Below, piece by piece: positions 11,723 to 23,300 of a DNA stretch of 64,000 bases. Both the position numbers and the translations under genes were made by a program. The stretch comes from Macrostomum lignano (lineage: Eukaryota), in assembly GCA_002269645.1 (NCBI GenBank), contig NIVC01003197.1, positions 48,433 to 112,432 of the forward strand, written 5' to 3'. Numbering within the stretch: the first letter of the stretch is position 1; each line of letters starts with the position of its first letter. A model generated the notes under the pieces. That model did no database searches. It was not told the origin of the DNA and saw only the letters and a list, made by a program, of their open reading frames with translations.

Positions 11723-14700
11723 GTTACCTTACTTTTAAACGTCATAGCAAGGCATGACGGTATCTTGGAATGGCGTCGCGGATGATTGAGTTTGAGAGTG
11801 AGATGTATACTTATTCTGAAAGATTCAGAACAGAACTCTTATATCTAAAGCTGAATAGATCGATCGACCGGTAGACCGGGTTTAACGCGTATCTCCTCAT
11901 AGACGGCTGCCAACTCAAATGCAAAACTTATATATATATATTTACTTTATATAATAACATTATGCCTAACATCATATCTCAATAGCATATCAACATCTTA
12001 CATCATGCTTGCTTTAATGCATATCATTTTTAAAAATAAATGTTGAGATTTTAAATTCAATGTCTTGTCGTCTTCAGGCATAAAGTTTTTAAAATTTTCT
12101 GGCCTTACTACTGTATAGATTTTTTGGCATAAGCTTTTGTTCTATTCTTCTGTAACACTTCTTCTAACACTTCTATCAAAAAGTTCTGCAAGTGACCTCA
12201 CAACTCAGTGTTGTGAGGTTAAGTAAACATAACTTAGGCCTATCCAACAATGTGTGACCATCTGGGGCTAGGTTTTTTTAGCAAACATTAAGCATTAAAT
12301 ATTTCAATACTAGATATTGATATTTTGCTACAAGATAGTTCAATATAATTATGAGTATAAAGTTAGGCCCTAATTGCTATTGTCTTTATAGCATATCACA
12401 CAAGAAAAATTTTTTGAAATTTTAAAGTTTTTGATTTTTCACAATTTTATATTTATATTTTCATTTGATAATTTAGGCCCTATTTTGACTTCAAATTTGT
12501 GTAAATAGCAACATATCAGAATTCTTATCTATAATAAAACACACTAACAAATGTATATCTCAGAATAATATATAGGCCTAATATAAGACTAACATGGCAT
12601 AGGTCTAGTTCCCAGTGAGCTCCGCGAAACCCACAAACCCAAGGACACGCGCGAAGCGCGTGTCCTTGGGTTTGTGGGGTGAGCGGAGCGAACGCGCGAG
12701 GCACAAAGTGCCGAGCATGAGGAACAAACAGCCAGCCAATGCGCGAAGCGCATTGGGTGGTCTGGCTTGTGACGAATATAATAATATGAGACGTGTGCAT
12801 CGAAAAAATGACAAGAAAAATCTCACAAAAACTGCTGTAACTTCAAAACTACAAGTGCGAATTTCACAAGTGAGGTGTCATTTTAAAGAGAAGAATCTGA
12901 TCTATTTAACGAGTATAGTTTTGTATGGATTCACTGCGGAGAAAAGGAACAGGCTTCAGTTGAAATGTTTGTCTTAAGATTATGTCTTTACAAAAGTGCA
13001 TTTCCTCATGCACATTAAAACTCGAGCTAAAAATGTTCGAGGGTTATAGGTGCGCCTTACTAAGATGCATAACATTATTGGGTTGTTTTTTTCAATTGTA
13101 TCAAAAAGTTGGCACTTTGGTTGCAAAAAATGCAAAAATTGAAAATGTACTTTTACAGTTTTTTGCATTTTTTTCTATACTGCTAATAGTTAAGCATACA
13201 TACTATGCACCAATTGATGCGCAATTCAAAGATACACAAGTGTGGAAGTTTTCAATTCTTAGACATTTGAAATCAGAAAGTTATCGACGAAAGACTAAAA
13301 ATCATGATCTCAAACTGATTTGAGGAAAAGTGCTCATTATAATTTTTGGAATATGGAAGAAACAATTCAACGCCGTCATCTAATTCCAAACTAACTGTAC
13401 TTTAAGGTACTGCGATGATTTTTTTATTGAAAGAGCGAAACCTGTTTAAATATTTGAAAAAATGGGAAAAAAGTACCTTTTTTCATAGAAATACACTCTT
13501 TTGACTGCTTAATCCAATTTCCAACAACAAAATAGTTGCTTTCCTGCTGGTGCAAACCGTTATTAGGGTGAATTTTCAAAATTGCATACTGTGCCAAAAG
13601 TAAACTGAAGCTTAATATTTATAAACATTAGAAACGGGACCACTAATGGGTATTTTACTTTGGTTACTTACTATGGACTAAACTGGCACTGGCAGAGACA
13701 GATTTGAGAGAAACTAATTGCTCCATTGTATTTGTATTTGGCTCCAGCGTTACAAATTACAATAGCTATTTCGGGGTCTAACCGGCTAAGTTATCAAAAA
13801 AGCTAGATACCAATCACCAGTTTCATCATCAGCTATACCTACCACGATTTTATAGTCGCATGCAACAGTAATACCCTCCTTTAAAAGTTTTCAATATCTA
13901 AAATGATGTGTTAAATTTTATAAAATTTCATAAACAGTGAAATTTTAGCTGTTTACGTGCTGGTGGTTTGAACGTAGCTACTTTGTGCGAAAATACACTG
14001 TCATTAATACCGTACCTATTATTGTATTTATTGTATTGAAAGTTGATGTGTAAATTGTACTTTTCTATTTTTTTGTCATTCGTTATCGCACTCGGGCCGG
14101 CCTGCCTGCCTTGTGGGGTGTGGTGGCCTTGGCCACTTTCTCCCCCTTCTGCTAGGATCCAAAGCAAGCTTTCAAGTGTACATTTAATATTATCGATCGA
14201 TTATTTAAAACAAGCCTCTAGTGGCTGGTGTTGAGAGTGAGTGGCCTTGAGTGTACGCGAAAGCAAGAGGAAGCCCATGGGCGGACTATATGAACCTTCC
14301 TTTAGTGGAAAGTTGGGCCTTGTGCATTGGATAGTGTACGCTACACAAGACAGAAGGTAAAGAGAAAGAGAACGACAGGCTAGCCAATAGCGATAGCATG
14401 TGCTTCTTTCTCTCCAGTCCACTATGGTAGGGGGGGGGGTGTCAGACGGCCCAACTCTAACCCCCATACCCAAAACAGCGTACATGTAGAATAAGAAGGG
14501 ATTGGGTCCAGATAAGTCTTCCCAAATGTACATGTATGTACAAAGACAAACACAGACAGAAAAATGGCTCTAAAAACCATTGTTATTGTTACACTGTGTG
14601 TCTATTTTTATTAACTTGACTTTGACTTGTCTTTACTCTAGCATGGTCAAGGATAATTACTGTTACTTCATACCTAATTTACAATTAATTGCATAAGATT

Positions 14701-14932
14701 AAGAAGGAATAATACAATCGAGGTCGAACCCATGATCACTTGACCCACCCACCCATGATCACTTCTGATTCTGACCTACATGTATCTACTATATCCTGCC
14801 AGTTTCTCCAGTTTTATGGGTCTTGGTGTCGGTGATTCGAGCAATTCCATTACATTTTATCGGTGCAGTGCGTCTATTAATGCTTAGCTACTTGTATATG
14901 TGTTGCAGAACTTATGCTCGTAGTTTCCCTTC

Positions 14933-15711
14933 TAGGGATGTTGACCCCGGGAGTGCTCCCCGGGGAGCTTGTCGGGGAATACTCTCCGGGGAATTTAACC
15001 GGGGACCCTGGGGAGAAAAAATATGAAAAAATGCATTTGTAACTTAATTTTTGCCATTAAAATAAGAAACTGATTCACAGAAAGCTGATTGAAACTCTGT
15101 CTATGCTCTTTTACCGCATAATTGCTTATTTCAATGCATTACATGTATTTGAAACACAACACACGTTTGATTGTTTTTTCACTAATAAGTCATTCAATCA
15201 AGCAAATTGCACGTAGAAAAGAAACCCGTCAGGAAAAAGAAGCCTTACTGACTAGTGACTGCTGTGTTGGTCTGCGTTGACGGCTTGACGCAGGCGCAGC
15301 GCTGCGTCATGCGTCAGGCACTGACGCATAGGGGGGTGTCATACATATACTCCCTATTAGACAAGGACAAAATGGTGATTTACATATATATGCAAGAAAT
15401 AAAATTCCGATTATAAAAACAGTCTCATTCATTAATTATCCTCTCACGAGCGTAGCTGTTTAGCATGCATTCCAACAAATGCACTTTTCCGATAAAGGTG
15501 CGCGCACGATTTCGTGATGCCACATTGTCAAATACAGTTTAAAAAAACATTGTTTAAAATTTTTACCCCTGCGCCTTGAACATGTAGTACAAAGCTTAAA
15601 TCAAAGTTTAAAAAATTCCACTTACAATCTAAGTGATCCGCCGTTTTAACTAATTTTTTCTTTTCACCGGGGTCCCCGATAAGATAATTCCCTAGGGAAT
15701 CGACATCCCTA
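14933..15711. mobile_element. Non-autonomous hAT-like element
   Basis: Ends TAGGGATGTTGA... / ...TCGACATCCCTA. Flanking TTCCCTTC at 14925-14932 and 15713-15720 (one extra base at the right junction). Subterminal CCCGGGGA-type motifs. Confidence 0.65.
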
Positions 15712-17000
15712 ATTCCCTTCCTATAAATCATTTGACGTTAGAGACATTTTACAACTCTCGCCCTACTTTATCTATTAGGCTAACTTTATGTATGACACGA
15801 CGCAAAATATTAGGAGCATCAGCGTTAATAATGCCTTGAAAGTCTTTAAATAATCGATACAACACTAGGTATTATAAAATTCCAACCCCAAAGCTCACTG
15901 GGGCGAAAAGACTTTGTCTTCATTAACTAGTCTATTTTTTGAGCCCAAGAGAAAATATGGTTGACATGGCTTTGACATAGCATTAGTCTATGGTCTAAAC
16001 TAGTCATTAAGTGTAAAGGCACCTAGGCACATTTCAAATAAAATGAAAGTTTTGTAACATGCAATCATACATGGCATAAGCAATGCTCTATTCAATGCCT
16101 AGGCTATATTGAAGAGTTTTTAAATTCAAAATAATTTATTCAACAAAAGTGTGGGATTGCCAATTTATTTATTTATTTTTTTGATATTTTAGAACTTTGT
16201 GACATAATCATTTTGATACTTCATTTGTAAAATTTGGTCAAATAATAATAAGTTATAATGTTTTTAAAGTCATTTTTTAAATACTTGTTTGCTTTATAAT
16301 GTATTTTTCTTATAAGGCCCATTTTTTCTCATTATAACAAAAAATTGTTGACTATTCTAGAGTCATTGCAGAATTGCAAACAATAAAATGTCTTAAATTG
16401 ACTCAAATGACTTTTTGGCAACTTGTACATCTCATTGTTTTAAAGTCACTACTTTCTTACTTTCACCTATGCTACCTACAATAACTTTGAGATGATAACT
16501 CAGGCGGTACAAGTGACAAAAATTCTGTTAGCAGCTAAACATTCTTTCTTACTTTTACCTATACTACCTGCAATAACTTTGAGATGATAACTCTGAGGCA
16601 GTACAAGTGACAAGAATTGTGTTAGTAGATAAACATCTCAGACTTTCATTTCTGATGCTAACTTGAAGTACAATCAGAAGACAGTCTATTGGGGTGCCCT
16701 GTTGGAATAAGTCTATCAAGGCACATATGTAATAGGTGTGCAAGTACTGCATGGCACATAGTGGGTATTGGCCTTAAAAATTAAAGGCAATATAAGAACA
16801 AAGAAATTTTTGCAAAAAAACTGAGAAATACCATCAAAAGCAAAGACAACATGGACTGTAAAAATAGAACAGTAAATAATTTAAAGAATATAAGTTTAAC
16901 ATCTAATAACATTTCATTGATTTTCTGTCATTTCCAGTTTCACATACCATCTCAGTCATAAAATATTTAAAACAAACAAGTGGCAGGAGCAGTCAGAAAT

Positions 17001-18066
17001 ATGTCGGACAGCCATGAAGAGAAGCCGTCCCAGCAGCAGCCCCCAGTTGGCAGCCCCTGCAGCGCCACAGATCGGCAGTTCTCGCTGCCCAGCCCCATTG
17101 TCACCAGGCGCAGCAGGACCCTGTCTCAGAGTGAACAAGCCCGACGGGGCCCGACTTTTCGCGGTGTAGTTCGCGAATTCTGCAGGAATAAGGTGGGTTA
17201 ATTCTTGTGGCCCAATCTGACCCAATTTACAGTTCAAAGACGTTGGCCTAGAGAATTATCCCCAGACATTGTCCTTAAGAATCGCCACCAGACATTGATT
17301 GTCCTTAAGAATCGCCACCAGACATTGTCCTCAAGAATTACCCCCAGACATTGTCCTCAAGAATCATCCCCAGACATTGTCCTTAAGAATCGCCACCAGA
17401 CATTGTCCTCAAGAATTACCCCCAGACATTGTCCTCAAGAATCATCCCCAGACATTGTCCTTAAGAATCGCCACCAGACATTGTCCTCAAGAATTACCCC
17501 CAGACATTGTCCTCAAGAATCATCCCCAGACATTGTCCTTAAGAATCGCCACCAGACATTGTCCTCAAGAATCGCCACCAGACATTGTCCTCAAGAATCC
17601 CCCCCTAGATATTGTCCTCAAGAATCGCCACCAGACATTGTCCTCAAGAATCGCCACCAGATGTTGTCCTCAAGAGTCGCCACCAGACATTGTCCTCAAG
17701 AATCCCCCCTAGACATTGTCCTCAAGAATCGCCACCAGATGTTGTCCTCAAAAGTCGCCACCAGACATTGTCCTTAAGAATCCCCCCTAGACATTGCCCT
17801 AAATAGCAACTCTGCAGTGGCGCCCCCCTCGCGCACTGCAGGGCCACGGGTTCATCGTGCCATCCGAGGGCGACAGCAAGACCGCCCTATTCGTGCACAT
17901 CTCCGACATCGAGGAGGAATTCGTGCCGATGCCCGGAGACGAAGTTGAGTACAAGATGATTTTGGTGCCGCCGAAGAACGAGAAATACCAGGCGGTTCAC
18001 GTGCGCATTGTTCACCTGGCGCCCAATGTGAAGCATCACAAATGGTCTGAGCCCGAGGAGCGCTGA
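17001..18066 (+). CDS. CARHSP1: Cold-shock-domain protein, CARHSP1/CSDC2 family, 2 exons, 138 aa
   Basis: Exons 17001-17192 and 17842-18066 (phase 0). LPSPIVTRRSRTLS motif, then CSD: FRGVVREFCRNK|GHGFIVP...LFVHISDIEEEFVPMPGDEVEYK...PPKNEKYQAVHV. Confidence 0.92.
17250..17800. repeat. 26-bp minisatellite with 78-bp higher-order unit (CARHSP1 intron)
   Basis: Unit CCAGACATTGTCCTCAAGAATCGCCA and variants. Confidence 0.9.
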
Positions 18067-19129
18067 GATCTTGGCCCGTGTTGATGCTGTAAACCTGTCC
18101 TCATCTCAACTCTGCTTAGCGCTGCACCGTGATTCAATGTTATGCTTGACAGTGCTTAGAAGGCCAGGCTAATTTTCTTCTGAGGGATTGACATTTGTCA
18201 GTTGGAATCCCTTCTCTCTCCCATATTTGCAGTGTGTTCTATACTTTATGTTATGTTATTAAAGCATTGTCTCCTGCCTTGTTAACTTGTCAATTAATAT
18301 TCTCAACTTTTGGCTTGAAAATAGTTTTACAATTAAAATATCGAAAATAGTAATTTCATTCCAATAATTGTAGCATTGCAATATAAACCTGACCCTTGTT
18401 AAGCGCTCTGCCGTTTTATCAAACAGAGCCAGATGTACTTTTTATTTCAAAATGTATTGATAATCTACACCACTAATTACTTAACAATGGACTGGATTGC
18501 TAATCTATTTCAAACTACAAATAACTACAAAAAACCACCAAGTGCCCCATCTGACACAAATACAAGATGTTTACTATGCTACTGAAAACTGTTGTTAGTA
18601 GTTAGGCGAGCTTGTGCGCTGAATAATTTTTTGTTGTAATTTTTGTATTAAGCTGTAATAAATTAATGTCAATAGTTGTCATACAAGTTCCTCTCATTTT
18701 CCTGTCCTTGATGCAGTTTTGCTATAAATAAGGAATTTTCACCCCTGCAGTGTGTTCCGTATTTGAATTTCATTCTTACATGACCTCCCACCCGATCAAC
18801 TCCCGAACCCAACCGAGTGTTACAATTGACATTATCTCTCTCTATCTTCTAAAAGCAATGCTTTGCCTGTAAATTCAACATCGATATACTGTGCAGCCTC
18901 TCCTGATGACAAGAGAAGCTAAAATATGCGTTGGCGCAGTTCAGCACTTCAGGTTGCGGAGGCCGGATTGTGTTGTTGACTTCGTCTGATATTCAATTCT
19001 GACAAAATATTGTCTGCCTAAATGGCTGTTATTTTTTCGTTTTTTACCTAATTAGCTAGAAGCAGTCTGTGTTAGGTCATTGGGTGCGCCCTTTGGAAAC
19101 GTCGCTGAGGTTCCAGTGGATTTTCCCAG

Positions 19130-20186
19130 GTATGTCATTGGGCCTCAAGAGGAATTGCTCAGGTGTGTCATTGGGCCTCAAGAGGAATTGCTCAGGTGTG
19201 TCATTGGGCCTCAAGAGGAATTGCTCAGGTGTGTCATTGGGCCTCAAGGGGAATTGCTCAGGTGTGTCATTGGGCCTCCAGGGGAATTGCTCAGGTGTGT
19301 CATTGGGCCTCATGGGGAATTGCTCAGGTGTGTCATTGGGCCTCAAGGGGAATTGCTCAGGTGTGTCATTGGGCCTCATGGGGAATTGCTCAGGTGTGTC
19401 ATTGGGCCTCAAGGGGAATTGCTCAGGTGTGTCATTGGGCCTCATGGGGAATTGCTCAGGTGTGTCATTGGGCCTCCAGGGGAATTGCTCAGGTGTGTCA
19501 TTGGGCCTCAAGGGGAATTGCTCAGGTGTGTCATTGGGCCTTAAGGGGAATTGCTCAGGTGTGTCATTGGGCCTCATGGGGAATTGCTCAGGTGTGTCAT
19601 TGGGCCTCCAGGGGAATTGCTCAGGTGTGTCATTGGGCCTCATGGGGAATTGCTCTGGTGTGTCATTGGGCCTCAAGGGGAATTGCTCAGGTGTGTCATT
19701 GGGCCTCATGGGGAATTGCTCAGGTGTGTCATTGGGCCTCCAGGGGAATTGCTCAGGTGTGTCATTGGGCCTCATGGGGAATTGCTCTGGTGTGTCATTG
19801 GGCCTCATGGGGAATTGCTCAGGTGTGTCATTGGGCCTCATAGGGAATTGCTCAGGTGTGTCATTGGGCCTCATGGGGAATTGCTCAGGTGTGTCATTGG
19901 GCCTCATGGGGAATTGCTCAGGTGTGTCATTGGGCCTCAAGGGGAATTGCTCAGGTGTGTCATTGGGCCTCATGGGGAATTGCTCAGGTGTGTCATTGGG
20001 CCTCATAGGGAATTGCTCAGGTGTGTCATTGGGCCTCCAGGGGAATTGCTCAGGTGTGTCATTGGGCCTCCAGGGGAATTGCTCAGGTGTGTCATTGGGC
20101 CTCCAGGGGAATTGCTCAGGTGTGTCATTGGGCCTCAAGGGGAATTGCTCAGGTGTGTCATTGGGCCTCATGGGGAATTGCTCAGG
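19130..20186. repeat. 33-bp minisatellite, about 32 copies, upstream of TRAF7
   Basis: Unit AGGTGTGTCATTGGGCCTCAAGGGGAATTGCTC, head to tail, no spacers. Confidence 0.95.
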
Positions 20187-20382
20187 TGGCCTCGTGGGGA
20201 ATCGGTCAGGTATCACATAGGGCTCATAGCAATAGCTCACTAAGCAATGTAAATTCTTGGCATAGTAAATGATACTGCTGCATAAGTGCATTATAAATTA
20301 TCCCTGCTGCAGTTATTAATCATATTTATCCCATGCACTGGCTTGAAGCCTTGCGACTCGCCTCCGCCAGCCAGCGGCAGCC

Positions 20383-23300
20383 ATGAACAGCCGCCTCTTC
20401 ACTCACGCGCCCCCGGCTCACCTGATCTGCCGCGTCTGCCGCGGAGTTTATCGGGAGCCACGGGTCAACCAGTGCGGCCACACCCTGTGCAGCGGTTGCT
20501 ACACCCGCTTGCAGTTCGATCCCGCTGACCCGCAGCCATCTGTCTGCCCGCAGTGCGGCAGCGGCCTCGTGCCCGAGTCCTCCGTGCCGAACAGGTGCGG
20601 GCTTGGGACTTGAGTTTGTGTCAGATGGATTTCAGTTTGTGTCAGATGGATTTCAGTTTGTGTCAGATAGATTTCAGTTTGTGTCAGATGGATTTCAGTT
20701 TGTGTCAGATAGATTGTAGTTTGTCAGATAGATTGTAGTTTGTGTCAGATAGATTGTTGTTTGTGTCAGATAGATTGTAGTTTGTGTCATAGATTGAAGT
20801 TTGTGTCAGACAGATTGTAGTTTGTCAGATAGATTGTAGTTTGTGTCAGATAGATTGTAGTTTGTGTCAGATAGGTTGTAGTTTGTCAGATAGATTGTAG
20901 TTTGTGTCAGATAGATTGTAGTTTGTGTCATAGATTGAAGTTTGTGTCAGACAGATTGCAGTTTGTCAGATAGATTGTAGTTTGTGTCAGATGGATTTCA
21001 GTTTGTGTCAGATAGATTTCAGTTTGTGTCAGATAGATTGTAGTTTATGTCAGATAGATTGTAGTTTGTGTCAGATAGATTGTAGTTTCTGTCAGGCAAA
21101 TGGTAGTTTGTGTCTGTCAGGCAAATTGTGTCTGTCTGTAGTTTCTGTCAGGCAAATGGTAGTTTGTGTCAGATAGATTGTAGTTTGTGTCAGGCAAATA
21201 GTAGTTTGTGTCAGATAGATTGTAGTTTGTGTCAGGCAAATAGTAGTTTGTGTCAGATAGATTTCAGTTTGTGTCAGATAGATTGTAGTTTGTGTCAGAC
21301 AGATTGTAGTTTGTGTCAGACAGATTGTAGTTTGTGTCAGACAGATTGTAGTTTGTGTCAGACAGATTGTAGTTTGTGTCAGACAGATTGTAGTTTGTGT
21401 CAGACAGATTGTAGTTTGTGTCAGACAGATTGTAGTTTGTGTCAGATAGATTGTAGTTTGTGTCAGATGAATTTCAGTTTGTGTCAGATGGATTTTAGTT
21501 TGTCAGATAGATTGTAGTTTGTGTCAGACAGATTGTAGTTTGTGTCAGATAGATTGTAGTTTGTGTCAGGCAAATAGTAGTTTGTGTCAGATAGATTGTA
21601 GTTTCTGTCAGGCAAATGGTAGTTTGTGTCAGGCCAATAGTAGTTTGTGTCAGATAGATTTCAGTTTGTGTCAGACAGATTGTAGTTTCTGTCAGATAGA
21701 TTGTTGTTTGTGTCAGACAGATTGTAGTTTGTGTCAGATAGATTGTAGTTTGTGTCATGCAAATAGTATTTTCTGTCAGATAGATTGTTGTTTGTGTCAG
21801 ACAGATTGTAGTTTGTGTCAGACAGATTGTAGTTTGCGTCAGGCAAATAGTAGTTTCTGTCAGATTGCAGTTTGTGTCAGATAGATTGTAGTTTGTGTCA
21901 GACAGATTGTAGTTTGTGTCAGATAGATTGTAGTTTCTGTCAGGCAAATGGTAGTTTGTGTCAGATAGATTGTAGTTTGTGTCAGGCAAATAGTAGTTTG
22001 TGTCAGATAGATTGTAGTTTCTGTCAGGCAAATAGTAGTTTGTGTCAGATAGATTTCAGTTTGTGTCAGACAGATTTTAGTTTGTGTCAGCCAAATGCTA
22101 ATGTGTCAGGCAAATGGTAGTTTGTGTCAGGCAAATGCAAGTTTGTGTCAGGAAGATGCTAGTTTGTGTCATGCAGTTGGTGGTATCTGTCAGTCAGATT
22201 GTAGCTTGTACCAGGCATATTGTAGTTTCTACCAAGCAGATTGTAGTTGGTGTCAGGCAGATTGTAGTTTTGTGATAGACAGATTTTAGTTGGTGTCAGA
22301 CAGGTGGTAGTTGTGTCAGTCAGATTATAAATTTAGTTGCCAGGCAGATTGTAGTCGTGTCAGTTGGCCTGTAGTTTTTGTCACCCAGATCGCGGCTGTT
22401 TGCGTCAGAAAAATGTTGCATGTGTCAGAATTTTGATCAAGTATTAGCTAAACTATCGTCATGCATCCTTGGGTTTGTGCCAAACATGAAAAATGGTTTG
22501 CCTGACAACACAATAAATGGAAAGTCATTTGCGCAGTCCCAATAGACCATTCTATAATTCATCTTTGACGCATTGGCAGAGACATCAGCGAGGAGGTGGA
22601 GGAGCTGACCGTGCACTGCATCTACCATTTCAAGCTGACGCCCAGCCAGCAGGCGCAGGCGCAGTTCCTGCCGACCAGCCTGGACCTGACTGCGGACCCC
22701 AATGGCTGCAATGCCGAGCTGTCGCTGCGTGAGTACAGCTTTGTGTAGCTAGCTTTTCTCGTGTCACGTGACAGTGGCCAATGTCACTGATTAGGGAGCT
22801 CATAAAATACTAGATTGCGGAAATAAATTTCAGACTACTAACAGTAGGTTAGTAGTGCTTAACTGTATCATAAATTAACAGTTCTAAACTAGATTTCCTC
22901 GCCTGTCCTTCCCAACCTCGGCAGTGGATCTGGAGCAGCACATATCCTCTTGCGAATTCCGTCCGGCGCCGTGTCCCTTCGACACCGTCAACTGCAGGGG
23001 CTGCAGCCATCGGGACCTGCAGCGGCACGCTCAGGATTGCATCTTCCGCTTTCTGGGTGAGTGCTTTCTGGATGGGTGGCTTTTAGAGGTCAGGGGCAGG
23101 CTGTCCCACACTAAGCCATAGACTATTCCACACCAACCATAAACTACCCCACACCAACCATAAACTATCCCACACCAACCAAAGACTATCCGACACCAAC
23201 CAAAGACTACTCCACACCCTCCCGACACTATCGATAACCTAACCATAGACTATCACAGAATTCGTTTTCACCTGTTTCCAGAGCTCGCTCCACGGGAAAT

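Noticed and set aside
19130-20186. CRISPR-like 33-bp repeats
   Set aside because: Units are head to tail with no unique spacers, there are no cas genes, and the context is eukaryotic; it is a minisatellite.
19069-20291. 383-aa and 404-aa ORFs
   Set aside because: Translations of the 33-bp minisatellite, open in several frames and on both strands.
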